Shown here: piece after piece, positions 1 through 14,505 of the stretch
Numbering within the stretch: position 1 is the stretch's first letter
How the letters are laid out: every line of letters begins with the position of its first letter
Origin: the human T2T-CHM13v2.0 reference genome, Homo sapiens
NCBI RefSeq assembly: GCF_009914755.1
Contig: NC_060926.1
Length of the DNA stretch: 64,000 nt
Reading direction: 5' to 3' (one strand)
Made by a program: the position numbers and the translations under genes
Notes under the pieces: model-generated
Told to the model about the DNA's origin: nothing
Databases searched by the model: none
What the model saw: the letters and a program-made list of their open reading frames with translations, nothing else

Positions 1-29
1 AAGAAAAAAAATTTAAGATGTTGTAATAC

Positions 30-131
30 CTGAAACATATCGGTGTTGCTGTCATGAGTATATTCAACCACCACAGTCTGGGCCCGAGATAAAGTATATG
101 ATATGCTATGCTGGTCTTTGTTGCTTATTGC
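30..131 (-). CDS. PELI1: PELI1 coding exon 4 (102 nt, residues 68-101, phase 0/0)
   Basis: Acceptor ctttttcattcttag|GCA, donor CAG|gtatta; AISNKDQHSISYTLSRAQTVVVEYTHDSNTDMFQ. Confidence 0.96.
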
Positions 132-357
132 CTAAGAATGAAAAAGTTAATAGCAAAAATTAGTAGGCAGGTCAATCCAATCAGATAATCTTTTCATTAA
201 AAAAAGGGAAAACTATTTATCAAATACATGACATATTTATACATTTTCCCCCTGAAATTTAGAGAGGTTAATAACTCCTGTCAGCTGTGACAGTAGTTTC
301 TCGGGTTGAATGGGGTACTGAAGAATATTTAGAAGCAGTTACAGAATAAAAACATAA

Positions 358-661
<304 letters not shown>

Positions 662-1337
662 CATAATTTTCTTTTATCAAACCACTAGACTCCCTTATTA
701 AGTATTTTAAATTATAATCAAAACCAAATCCCACATAAAAACAGAAAACAATAGTACTGCTCTGATAAGAAAATCTTGCAAAATAAGAGGAATCTTATTT
801 TTGAAGTCATTCAGAGAGCTATAAAGTTCACTCATAAGCCAAGTTAACTGGTTTTCTAACCATTTTGTGACTCTACAGATGACAAATGTTGGCCATATGC
901 TGGGTGAGATACAGAAAAATGCATTTGGGATTTGGTCCCAGGAGATAAAAGAAAAAAATTTAAAAAAAAAAAACAAAAGAAACATTCATAGAATGATTAA
1001 ACATTACCAAAGGAAAGGGATGTAATGCTTATGACTGTACTTCTGATTTATCTCAAACTAAAAACATTGCTAAAAAGAACTTTTCAGTTTTGTTTTCAAG
1101 TGTTTTCTATGTATATGAGTTGAAGATAATATCAAAGGAGGGGAAAAATCTAGTCATCACACAAAGGAAGTAGAAATGGGCTGCATAAAACAGACACAAA
1201 GAAGAGAATAATTATATACAGCAAAGAAGCTAAATGAAAAAATCCTTCTTAATTAGAAGTTTGGCATCATAAGCTTTTACTTGGTTTCAATTTGCAACTA
1301 ATCTGTAATAGATAAAGCCTTAAAACAACAGCTTTAA

Positions 1338-1756
<419 letters not shown>

Positions 1757-1952
1757 TGCGTCTGATTTTTTTAAGGAATTAAACTACAGATACAATTGAG
1801 GCTGCCTACATGTCTCTCCCAGTTCCCTTTTCTCTACAGAGGTATCCAACCTCAAGAATGCAGTGTAGATCATTTACATGCATGTTTTACATATTTCTTT
1901 CTACACATTTAGGTATTCATATATACTATATAATTGTTTTACAAGTTTTAAA

Positions 1953-2168
1953 CATATATATACATATATATATACACACGCACACACACATATACATATA
2001 TATATGTTTAAGAGACCAGGTTTCGCTATGTGGCAGAGGCTGAAGTGCAGTGGCTATTTACAGGCAGGAAAATGGCACACTACAGCTTTAAACTCCTGTG
2101 CTCAAGTGACCTTCCTGCCTCTGCCTCCCAAGGAGCTGGGACTAACAGGCATGTGCCACTGTGCCCCG
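1953..2168 (-). mobile_element. (TA)n/(CA)n microsatellite plus old Alu monomer (FAM/FRAM/FLAM-like)
   Basis: Dinucleotide tract then diverged single Alu arm. Confidence 0.75.
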
Positions 2169-2467
2169 TTAAACAGCTCACTTTTCAATGAAACAATTAC
2201 TCAGTATTTTGAAAATTAATTCTTAGTGGCTAAAGAGATTTTAAAACATTGGTTTTTATGTGCTTTGAAATTGTAATCTTTGTTTGTTAGTTATTAAACC
2301 TACTCTAAGACTGAGAATAAAAACTATGTCAAGTTACGTTTGAGTCTCACTGGCCTAGAACGCAGGGTTTTAACTACTCATCCCAGATGACTGCCAGACT
2401 AAATGCTTAATTTTCATCATGACCTCACAAATACATTCCTCCAAAATTTAAAGAGGAGGAGTCAATC

Positions 2468-2773
<306 letters not shown>

Positions 2774-2932
2774 AAGAGTCAATCTGTGATCCCTAAGATT
2801 CTTATTGCCTAGTAAAGATGAAAGATGAAAAAGAGATAACAATGAAAACATGAGGGCATGGCAGAGTAAAATAGGAAGAAAAGTACAGAATATGGTATTA
2901 CAGAGGCAGGGATTAGAAATATTTTCCCTGAT

Positions 2933-3140
2933 AGTGGTTTTCAACCAGAGGTAGTATTAGCAGTCTAAGGGGCATCTGAAAATATGCTGTGCATTTTTTG
3001 GCTGTTACGAGGATTTGCAGGCTCAAATGGCATTTTGTGGGTGAAGGACCTATAAATGTCCTGTAGTATGTGGGAAAGTACTGAACAATGAAAAAGTGGC
3101 ATACCCAAAATGTCAAGAGCACTCCGGGGGGAGCTACTGT
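2933..3140 (+). mobile_element. MER20-like hAT DNA transposon fossil
   Basis: agtggttttcaacc...ggcattttgtgggt...cccaaaatgtcaa resembles the MER20 consensus. Confidence 0.6.
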
Positions 3141-4332
3141 AAGAAGCTCCTCAGATTCAATCAATCTGAGGTTAACTTCCACCACCTGCTTAGTATATTC
3201 CTTCTCGCCAAAGGAGCAAAAAGAAACTGTCCCTTTTCTGCACCAACTGGCTCCCAAATAGTAACAGAGGAGTCCTAGTCAAGGCCTAAGGATTCTTTCA
3301 CAAATCAAACTGGATATAAAACAAAGCTGAAAAGCCAATTACCTTCAGACACTGAAGCTGCAACCTAAAACCACATCATATGCCAATTTTTCTGTCTCTT
3401 GTTTATTTAATTTACAAAGATATGCTTCAGATGGTATAATATTAATGTACATCCTAGGGCTACTTAGCTAAAGATACAGGTACTTCCAGGAGTCAAAGAA
3501 CTCTTTCTAATTTTTCTTATTTGCTCATTACAATATTAAATTCTTTGTAACACAAAGTCAGTGTTATAAAATTGGAGGCAGATGAATTCACAGAAAATAT
3601 AAAGATGTGAAATTCCCCCTCCTTGTCTGTCACTCTAGGAAAAGCCCAAGTATCCTGAAATGGTGGTCCAGCTTCTGGAAATTTTGTTAGAAGAATACAA
3701 GGGGGCTAGAAGCATGAAATAGGCTAGGGGGTTGAGAAGTTATATTGTAGATGCAGTTGGATATTGCCTTCATAGCTTTGATTCAACTTAATAATTATTG
3801 AGGTCTACTTTGTGCAAGGTACTATGCTCAAATATATGAAGTTATAAACCAAAAATGAATACAACCAATACAAAGAATCTTAAGTAAAGACCCTTAGTTT
3901 AAAAATTACCTCATCCAAATGTGCTTCTAATACCTGAATACACATATTATACATCACATTCTTCATCCAGTCCAGGGAGACCCCTCTAGTAACAGAGTGG
4001 GAACTTCCCACTTCTCAGGGCAGACAGCTGCATAATTCTAAGTACTAGATAAAGCCCTGTCCCCCATCCCACCTCTTTTAATAAGGAAACAGAGTGTTTC
4101 CTTCTAATTTCCACCCACTGATCCTGGTTTGTCATTTTTTTTTTAAAAGTCCAATTCCCCTTCCATATGGCAGCTCTTCAAATACCATGTCTCCAAAGTC
4201 TCTTCTCCAATCCAAACAAAAGGCAATTTCTGAAATAGAAATGTAAGGGGAATGCTAGAGAATACAAACAACACATAAAAGTCTTTCAAATTCTCCAAGT
4301 TAATTTATGTAGCTTTTTTTTTTTTTTTTTAC

Positions 4333-4462
4333 CTTTGCAGCCTGAGGAGTACAAGCAATATGCACAGTGCTGGGCTTCACCCCATTTGCCTTAGGTCTTT
4401 TAAACAAAGCAAACCTACTTTTCCTCCTTCCTCTATCGCCATTTGGGAGAGACCCATTATAC
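4333..4462 (-). CDS. PELI1: PELI1 coding exon 3 (130 nt)
   Basis: Acceptor tttttttcccccatcag|G, donor AAG|gtaaaa; (G)YNGSLPNGDRGRRKSRFALFKRPKANGVKPSTVHIACTPQAAK, inside track ORF 4300..4548. Confidence 0.97.
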
Positions 4463-5149
4463 CTGATGGGGGAAAAAAAGTATAGGTGATCTCTTGCAAG
4501 AACTGCACAATTATAAAACAAATGTTTGACTTTGCCTTGCAGAATCAATTCCCAATTAATTATCTATTAACACATTATAATTATTTAAAATTCCTTTGAG
4601 CAACTGTTGATCTCCATACCAGGTGCCAGTGTGTGAAACAAAATGAGATTCTTTTTCTGGCTTCATTCCAAGTCACAGAGAACCTTTTGGATTATACACA
4701 GATTCGTGTTATCTCTATTTTTTTCCTTCCCTCTTTTATGGAAGATAATTAAGAGCTGATTAATGGCATGTCTGACTCCTTATGACTCATTCTGTTTTTT
4801 TAAGGTGAACTGTTTGCATGTGCTAATACAACCTTTAAAAAGTACAGTATGTATTGTTTAAAACACAATCTCCTTTAATTGTGAACCAAACACTTTAAAT
4901 AGCTGAACTTTTGAAGTAAGGAATTTTTAGATTTGTTAAGTCTTAGCTACCTGAATGTACAAATGCACTCTCATTATGTTAGCAGAACCTGTCCAACAGA
5001 CATGTTTGCTAAGTAGTAAACATACTTTTGTTGTTCAGATCTTATGACCATTTCTCCATAACATGTACACATACACACACACACACATATACATCCTAAA
5101 GGTAAGCAAGTACTAAACCAATGGAAACAAGTTAAAAACAAAATAAAAA

Positions 5150-5370
5150 TATTTGGGTGTTTACTATGTACCAGGCACTATTGAATGCTATCCCATACAC
5201 ATCACCTCACTAAATCTACCCTTGCAAAAATTCTACTAGATTGAAATCACTGTCCCCATTTTTGTACATTAGGAAACAGACTCAGAAGAATTATATTCTG
5301 AAGTGACACTGGCAAAGCCAGAATTTGAATTTAAGTATGTTTGTCATGTGGTTATGTCATTCTTTACTGC
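5150..5370 (-). mobile_element. MIR
   Basis: tactatgtaccaggcact...ccccattttt...ggaaacagactcaga. Confidence 0.65.
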
Positions 5371-6269
5371 TTCATTGAGGCATGAGCAGTAGCTTAATAA
5401 TAATCTTTCCTCATTCACCGTCCACCTCCCCTGCCCCCGCCCCCTGACAAATCTTGGGTTTGATGATCTACCATATGTAGTTGGTCAATCTAGGGGGAAA
5501 GGAAGCAGGGAACAGGGACAGTTTTGAGGCTGGAGGAGGAAGTGATTATAAAATGGCCTGTAATTGTGGCTGGCAAGGAAGAATGTTTTAAAGCTGAGAA
5601 GAGAGTTTACTCAATGACTGCCATATATAGAAACTACATTGACCCTTTATAAAAAATAAAATACTTTGTATTGGAGAAAGCCCTTGGTAATGTTGCTAGC
5701 CTTGCTGTAAGTCCAAAGTACAGCCCCTTAGCTAATAATTATTTTAGCTATTTTAGGCTTTGTATTGCCCCCAGACCCTCTGTCGATTCCTCACTGCCCC
5801 TTCACTACTGTCCTCTGAGTTGCATGACTCATCCCACTTCTGGATCTTGCTCTTTAGTCCCACATTGCGTTCCTGTAGTTCAAAGCTCTTTTCTAAGCAG
5901 CAACAGCATGAAACCTTGTCCAGCTTCACTTCTAGAGGGTTGAGAAGAAAAATTATCTGCATTTTAAGACACCAAGTACCAGACACAGAGACAATTACTG
6001 TTGCTAATGATTAACTGAGGAACCCATAGGCTAAGACTGGCGGTTTAAAACCCTAAGCTAAATATTAAACTATTCTTCAAATGACTCTCAAATTTCCTGC
6101 TAGAAGAATTTAATCTGGAAAAGTTTTTGGTAGTTAAGAGCTGTTTGTCATTGATACCATTAAAATCTATGTGATTTGAAGTTCTAATACTGTAGTTACT
6201 ATGCTAAATTTATGATCTTTTAAAGCTTTGTTTCTGAGAAAAGAATTTTAAGTCTCAAAGGGCCTTAGA

Positions 6270-6400
6270 TGATCTTATCTGTCATTTTTACAGACAAGGA
6301 AACTAAGGCCCAGGATGGTTCAGTGACTTGCCCAAGGTCACACAGCTAGCAGTGCTGAACAAGCACCGGATTCTAGGATTCCTAACATCCAGTCAAGCTC
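6270..6400 (-). mobile_element. MIR
   Basis: MIR core: ttttacagacaaggaaactaaggccc...gtgacttgcccaaggtcacacagctag. Confidence 0.8.
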
Positions 6401-6554
6401 AGTAACTCCATATGATTTCCCCAGTTTCTCTTACTATCTCAACTGAAACAACGCATTCTCACTTTAACAACCTGACTCTCAAACATACCGCAATATCTAG
6501 AGTTGCTTTTTAGGCAAAAGGAGGGAAACAGTAGGGGGAAAATAAAATTAGCAA

Positions 6555-6863
6555 TTTTCTTTTTTCTCATTTTTTTCGAGACGGAGTCTTGCTCTGTTGC
6601 CCAGGTTGGAGTGCAGTGGCGCTGATCTCAGCTCACTGCAACCTCCTCCTCCTGGGTTCAAGTGATTCTCCTGCCCCAGCCTCCCAAGTAGCTGGGATTA
6701 CAGACATGCACTATCATGCCCAGCTAATTTTTGTATTTTTAGTGAAGATGGGGTTTCACCATGTTGGCCAGGCTGGTCTCGAACTCCTGAGCTCAGGTGA
6801 TCTGCCCACCTAGGCCTCCCACCTGTAAGCTGGGATTACAGGTATAAGCTACTGCACCTGGCC
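6555..6863 (-). mobile_element. Alu (S-type)
   Basis: Alu consensus, TSD taaaat(t/g)agcaattttc. Confidence 0.95.
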
Positions 6864-7291
6864 TAAAATGAGCAATTTTCTAGTTTCTGAGATCTCTAGT
6901 TAGGAAAGGCTAATACTGTGTCTCCATTTTGATAGTTAATGGCAAGTTTAAGTGGAATAAATTGAAATAATTTGGAATAACAGAATCATCTATTCCTCAA
7001 TCTTCAGATTCTATTTCTGTGAGTTACATGGATGAAATTACGTTAGGAGCTAAGAAGTAGCTAGGTCCTGGGCTTCAGAGGCATTATGCTGTCACCATAC
7101 ACATATACAACTCCTTTAACCCAAATGTACAGCACAAAGCAATAACTACTGTAGAGAGGCAAAAGAATAAATGAAGACTAACCTACATGAAATGACTTAA
7201 AGCAGGGAAGGGAAAGGGAATTTTTGGTAAAGTCAGCTGAGGCAAAACATGGGATAGGGAAGACAAATGGAATGACTGTGACAGTGGATAA

Positions 7292-7649
<358 letters not shown>

Positions 7650-7871
7650 TAAGGGTGAGACAAAGCTTATGTCATATTTGAGTGCTTTTAAAAGATGGCA
7701 TGAATATGAGAAGTAAAAGAGTTTCTTGATTTGGTAACATTACCTGTAGCTTTAAATTCTTTTTGGAAGCAGGTAAGATATAAATTCCAAAAAAAAAAGT
7801 ACTTTTAGCCTAGATGCCAAAGTTAGCATATATTATTAAACTGTGTGTGTCATCAAATGGAGAAACCTTAC

Positions 7872-7942
7872 CCTAAGACAATGAGTTCACCATATTTTAC
7901 TGGTGCTTTAGATGGATGATTTTCTTGATCAGGAGAAAACAT
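7872..7942 (-). CDS. PELI1: PELI1 first coding segment (exon 2, start codon at 7942)
   Basis: ATG TTT TCT CCT GAT CAA GAA AAT...GTC TTA GG|gtaagg = MFSPDQENHPSKAPVKYGELIVL(G); phase 2 matches exon 3. Confidence 0.97.
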
Positions 7943-8011
7943 GAGCTTGGCTGTCTTTCTCAAATCTTTGTTCACTGGTCAGGAGCCTTGGGACACCTTT
8001 TGCATTATTTC
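7943..8011 (-). other. PELI1: 5'UTR part of PELI1 exon 2 (69 nt; exon 2 = 7872-8011)
   Basis: Acceptor cttttcccctctag|GAAATAATG. Confidence 0.9.
7979..8005 (-). promoter_or_regulatory. Upstream ORF MQKVSQGS*, in frame with the PELI1 CDS
   Basis: ataATG CAA AAG GTG TCC CAA GGC TCC TGA; ends 36 nt before the main ATG. Confidence 0.8.
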
Positions 8012-9030
8012 CTAGAGGGGAAAAGTTTTCATTAATAATGTGAACAATTCGTTTCAGTTTAAATAAAGATGTTATTTTTCAGCAGTCCTCTTGAACACAA
8101 TATTATGCAAACCATCACAAGGTATATACATTTTATGGGACATTTTGCCCAATAATGATTATATATTTTACAAAACTGTTTAAAGGAATCAAAAATGCAA
8201 ATTTGAAGACTTCCACTTACAGAAGCATAGAGCAGACATACTTTTCCCTTTTATTTCTGCTAAGTATAACTAAAGACCCTGGACATTATATACAAAACAT
8301 GAGAAGACTGTGAAAAGTGGAGAGAAGGCAGACTAAGTAAGGGACCTCAGGACCCATGGAATGACACGGTGGTGTAAATTCTCTGGGTTTTCTTTTTGCC
8401 TAATATATCCCAGACTTGGAGCTAAAGAAGGCAGCAACCTGGAAATGCCAACTGGCACAGACAAAAAGAGCCACAACAAAAGCTTGCTCTCTCTAGCCAA
8501 AGAAACAAGAAAGGGACAGCCTGGCAAGACAGAAAACTTTTGACAGTAACTGCTCCACTCCAGCCAAACCCAGAAAACAGTTTTGCCCCACCACCACCCA
8601 CACCAACGAAAGCTAAGTGAGGAGCCTTGACTTCCAGCTCATAAACCATAGTGAGGAGCTCCAATGCCCTATTAGGGCAATGTAAAAGTAGGCCAACTAG
8701 GGAGCCAGGACTTTCACCCTGATGGCCGGGCATGCCCCAGCACCTACCTCAGTAGGTGTCAGCTAGACTTCCACCCCCACCCAGCAATAACAAGAAGGAT
8801 CCTCTTCCTGAGGCATCAGTAGAGGCTGAGTAGGGACCCTTGACTTCTATGTCCACCTGGCAGTAATGAGGCACCCCCTATGACCTTGCCAAAGCAGTGT
8901 CAATAAAAGCCAGTGGAAACAGAAGGTTTAGATAATATCCAGAGCCTAGGAACATAATATGAAAATATCTAGTTTTAACAGAAAATCATTCATCCTAGCA
9001 AGAACAAGATTTAAAACAATGCAAAAGATA

Positions 9031-9340
9031 GGCTGGGTGCAGTGGTTCACGCCTGTAATCCCAGCACTTTGGGAGGTCGAGGCAGGTGGATCACTTGAGG
9101 TTGGGAGTTTGAGACCAGCCTGACCAACATGGATAAACCTGGTCTCTACTAAAAATACAAAATTAGCCGGGCGTGGTGGCACATGCCTGTAATCCCAGCT
9201 ACTAAGGAGGTTGAGGCAGGAGAACCACTTGAACCCGGGAGGAGGAGGTTGCAGTGAGCCGAGATCAGTGCCACTGCACTCCAACCTGGGCAACAGAGCA
9301 AGACTCCATCTCAAAACAAAAACAGAAACAAAAACAAAAA
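9031..9340 (+). mobile_element. Alu (S-type)
   Basis: Alu consensus, TSD aaaacaatgcaaaagata. Confidence 0.95.
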
Positions 9341-9594
9341 CAATGCAAAAGATAATCAATAGGTGCCAAAACTTAGATGACAGAATTACCTGACAAAGAT
9401 TTAAAAGCAGCTATGATAAAACTGAACAGTGGAAATTACTCGATCTGAATAGAGAGAAAATAGGAAAAACAAAATGAAACAAAAAACAGAGCCTTATAGA
9501 CCCGTGCGTGAGACTATAGCAAAATCTAACACGTGTGTCACTGGACACACATGTCAAAAAGACAGAAGAAAGAGTAAAGCTGAAAAAATAAAGA

Positions 9595-9905
9595 GGCTGG
9601 GAGCAGTGGCTCACGCCTGTAATTCCAGCACTTTGGGAAGCGGAGGCGGGAAGATCACTTGATGTCAGGAGTTCGAGACCAGCCTGGGCAACATGGTGAA
9701 ACCCCGTCTCTACTAAAAATACAAAAATTAGCCAGGCATGGTGGTGTGCCTTGTAGTCCTAGCTACTTGGGAGGCTAAAGTGGGAGTAATCGCTTGAACC
9801 CGGGAGGCAGAGCTTGCAGTGAGCCAAAATTGCGCCACTGCACTCCAGCCTGGGCGACAGAGTGAGACTCCGTCTCAAGAAAAAAAAAAAAAAAAAAAAA
9901 GAAAA
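9595..9905 (+). mobile_element. Alu (S-type)
   Basis: Alu consensus with poly-A tail. Confidence 0.95.
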
Positions 9906-10317
9906 AATATCCTGGAAGCAGAGAGAGAGAGAGAACACTGCATTTATAACGACAATTAGACTGACAGTGGAGTTCTCATCAGAAACCACAGAACCCAGAA
10001 GATAGTGGCATAGTATTTTTCAGGTGCTGACAAAAATGGAAGGGAAGTCAAGACATTCTCAGACGAGGAAAAATTGAGAGAATTTGTTACCAGCAGACCC
10101 ACTATAAATAAAGAATGGCTAGAGGAAATTAACTAAACAGAAAATAAATAAATAAAAGAACCTTAAAATATGAGATGTAAAAACACGGTAGCAAAAATAT
10201 GAGTAAATACAATCGACTTTCCTTCTCTTGAATCTTCTAAATTTTGTCTGATGGTGAAAGTGAAAACTATAATACAGTTAGATGTAGTTCTAAATGTGTG
10301 TAAAGGAAATAGTTCAG

Positions 10318-10585
10318 AAAGGCCAAGGTGGGAAGATCACTTGAGGTCAGGAGTTCAAGACCAGCCTGGCCAACATGGTGAAACCCCATCTCCACTAAGA
10401 ATACAAAAATTAGCAGGGCGTGGTGGCACGTGCCTGTAGTCCTAGCTACTCGGGAGGCTGAGGCAGGAGGATCACTTGAACCTGGAGGCAGAGGTTGCAG
10501 TGAACCCAGATCGCACCACTGCACTCCAGCCTGGGTGACAGAGCAAGACTCCATTTCAAAATATATATATATATATATATATATG
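10318..10585 (+). mobile_element. Alu, 5'-truncated, (TA)n tail
   Basis: Starts at aggccaaggtggg; tail replaced by TA repeat. Confidence 0.92.
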
Positions 10586-12622
10586 TATTTGACACAAGTA
10601 TAACAAAAAATTAACACTTCTGATCAGCCGGAAAATCACACAATAAATAATCCCCAAAATATTATCATGTCTTTTTCATCCTCAGTTTAATGGGATCAAG
10701 TATTTCCTGCATTTATTTCTCTCCCTAGTTCCTGATAGACCTGTTACAAAGGTTTCACAGCAAAACTCCTACTAGCTAGCCCATAAAAGTCTCCTCATTT
10801 TATACCTCCACCAACAGATTTCATAGGAATCTCATGAATGAAAAAGGTCTACTTGTCTTTTTCTACAGTACAATGAAATACAGCCTGTGTAGTGGCACTT
10901 TTGGTGAGAAGGCAACAGGGAATGTATGTAGCCCAATGAATAAGAACACGTCAAAGGAAAAGTCAATGAATAAAACAAATCATTCTGACCCCTACTAATC
11001 CCTTGGAAGTGACATACACATTTAGACCAGTCATTCACACTAACACACAACTACTATCATCAATAAATTCAAAAAATTATTTTAAAAAATGCTTCAGAAA
11101 TATTTTAAGAAAAACATTTCCATCATTCAAATACACTAAAAACACCTCTCGTCACCCTAGATATATTTGCTTTTGCTGAAGAGATTTTAATTCATTACGG
11201 TATTTAAAAGGTTACAGAAACCAATATATTGCTATTTCACCATAACTGTGATACATCTGAGTTGTGAGGCAATCAGATTCCTTATTTAGAAAAATAAACT
11301 TATGCTAAGCTAACTAAAACCTTCAAGGTAAAAACTGAAGTTTCAAGAACAATTAAATCAACCAAAGAATAATTTTGGTTCCATATAATAAGATCTTCTG
11401 ATATACATGAAATCATACTTTAGTATATAAACATGTATTCATGCCCTCTCATTTCCCCTCTAAGAAGCATTTCATTTAAAAAAGTTATACAGAAGCTTAA
11501 CTAGAGGCATTAGCTGTGCTTTTTCTGTTTAGACAATTAAGGAACTGACATCAAACATGAAAACAATGCTTTGACACATTTCTGACGAAGAACAGCAATA
11601 ATTAAAAATTTAATAACAATTAAATTTAAATTAATTTTAAATTAAATTTTAATAACGTTGCTTTGTTTTGAATTCCTATTTAGAGTTACTATTTAAAGGA
11701 TATAATGGTTTTCTATTTATAGTAGCAAAAAATTTCCTTTAAAATAAGCTTATTTAAAGGAGTCAATTTAAATTGTATTAAATAGAATTAGTAAGTGCAC
11801 AGATATGGCAAACATCTGAAAGTGTAAATGCCCGTATTTGGCTGACATTAGTATATCACATGGCTAGCAAGTATTAGCCTGTGTTCTAGTTCTAGCTGTC
11901 TTTGAACAAAGCAATCTGTTTCCTCATCTCTGAAAATGAAGGGACTAAAGTGGAATAAAGGGAATTTGGGAGCTGGAAAAAATATAAGCGACCATTTGGT
12001 CCTGACATAAGAATTTACAAGTAACGTGCATAACACTATAGATTTAGTTCTATTGCGTCTATAGCAAAAGAACAATTTTTTTGCTTAGACAAGAAACTAA
12101 AAAACAAGAGTACGGCTGGCATATACCCTCCATATAATTTCTAGAGCCCTTGGTCAAATTAGCCAAGAAAAACAATATATTTCCAATCAGACATATTCTT
12201 ACTCTGCTTAGATCTCTTAGAAGGCCTTATCTGGGGATATTTTATCAGTGACATCAAAGTTTCAATCACAGGAACACATTCAATCTTGGCTTCTACTTCT
12301 GTATTTGATAATCTAAACCCAAAATAAAACACTTTTGTAGTACCAGTTATTTATATACATAAATGACCCAAGATAGTTTTCAAAATTTAAAAATGGCATA
12401 TAATCAATCAATATACAACTGGCCTTATTAAACTGCAAATAAAATGCTGTGACAGCTATTCTTCCTGGAACTTTTTTTTTTATGTGTTCTCTGAAGAAAG
12501 ATTCATGATCTTCCCAAAGGTTTATACTCTTTAACAAAGACCAGTACCTAGACAATGCTTTCCTACTCACTGTCTTTATATATTCTCTCTATATTTTAAA
12601 ATCTGAGTAAAAGAATTCTTCA

Positions 12623-12954
<332 letters not shown>

Positions 12955-14311
12955 TTCCTGAAGTCATGTACTTGAGAACTTTAAATGAGTATGTACATAA
13001 AAAACATCCGAATGTCTCGATTACTGGCTTCATTTGTTGGTCTTCAATTAAGTTAGTTTGACCTCATGTATTCAGCCCTATCCCAATGTTATCTAGCACC
13101 AAGAACATGAAATAGCACCATTAATTCTACTCAAGACTAGAAGAAATGCTAAAGAAAATCTTCCTAATAAAACTGTCTTCTATTTTATCTATTACTTTGA
13201 AACTTTGCTTGATACTCGAAAGCATGTTGCTCTCATTAGCAGGAACTAAACTTCCAGAGTTAAAAAAAAATTTTAAAATAAACATATTCTGGAATAGTGT
13301 TATTTTCTTTGTGGGCTGGGAGAACATGAAAAGTTACTCATAAAATATGTATTTATTAGGAATAGTATTATTAATTTGACTGTTAAACATTCTAATCATT
13401 TCCTTTTTAAGGGCCAGTGAAATACAATTATTTTCATATCAAGTCTTCCCAAAGGAAAGACTTTGTATAATATCTGTCAGTTTCACCTAAAGAAGAAAAA
13501 CTGAGAAATCAATCTTTGTCTCTCAACCTAACAAATGTTTTCTTTCATTATTTACATCACACACAGCCTTTTGCTTACTACCTACTAAACACAAGTACAA
13601 AATTCCTGCCCTAAAAAAAAAAGCAAAACAAATACTAAGCAAGGGACAAAACAAATCTTATGCAGATTGTTTACATATCTTCTGAGCACTTCTATTTTAG
13701 TGGGCAAGTGGGTAGGCATAATGGGGTACTGAGAAAAAAAGGAAAATGTTTTAAAACATGAAAATGTTATAACATTTTTTTATGATGAAAAACAATGTGG
13801 ACTGCATATATTATCTCAGATAAAACAGATTTCCATCTATACTAGAGTTTCCTTGTGGCTGATTTCAAAAGGATGACTCAAACAGAAAGAACTGCTTTAG
13901 TATGTTTGCGGTGGAACCATTTTATGAAACCAATTCAGCTGATGACTGGAGTTTAATTCATAGCAGTTTCTTGATAAGAGTGAAAATTTAATCACCTTCT
14001 TCATTCTTTTGCAACCAGCAGGAGTAACACATAGCATTTTTACATAAAAGGAGAAATAATGGTGTGCAGTAGTAGTTGGAGGTTACTACTTTCTGCTAGT
14101 GTCTTTTAGCTTCTCAACACAGCAGTGGAGGAAGTGAAGTCTATGTTCCCCTTCCCAAGATACAGGACACCACCTGTGTAAATTCCCACCCTCCTCTCTT
14201 AGAGAAGCCAAATAGCATGCTGATAGTATATCACCTACAGGGATAACTTATTTCATCCTGATGGAAAAGGAGTTAACATCTTTCCTAGGGACAGTATTTG
14301 TTCCTTTAACT

Positions 14312-14505
14312 GGGGCTTCTCAACTTGGGCATTACTGACATTTTGACATTGTGGGGCACTGGCCTGTGCATTGTAGGGGGTTCAGCAGTATCTCTGGCCT
14401 TTCTGTTCTACCTAGATGCCAGTAGAACATTCTAGTTGTGACTTTAAAAATGCCTCAACTTCCTATCTCCCCACTACTCACTCCCCTACCTTGTGAGAAC
14501 CACTG
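14312..14505 (-). mobile_element. MER20-like DNA transposon fossil
   Basis: ttctcaac...ctgacattttg...ctagatgccagtag...tgagaaccactg. Confidence 0.7.

Larger units (their letters stand above)
8207..10317 (+). mobile_element. Old L1 (L1MC/MD-like) 5'UTR and ORF1 remnant, interrupted by Alus
   Basis: L1M-type 5' end gacttcc...ctggacattatat; ORF1-like gagttctcatcagaaaccacag and aagacattctcagac...gagagaatttgttaccagcagacc. Confidence 0.65.

Noticed and set aside
4300-4548. 82-aa ORF as a standalone gene
   Set aside because: It is PELI1 exon 3 plus intronic read-through
10256-10265. Perfect IRF/PRDM1 motif GAAAGTGAAA
   Set aside because: Isolated, inside A-rich L1 sequence; likely chance
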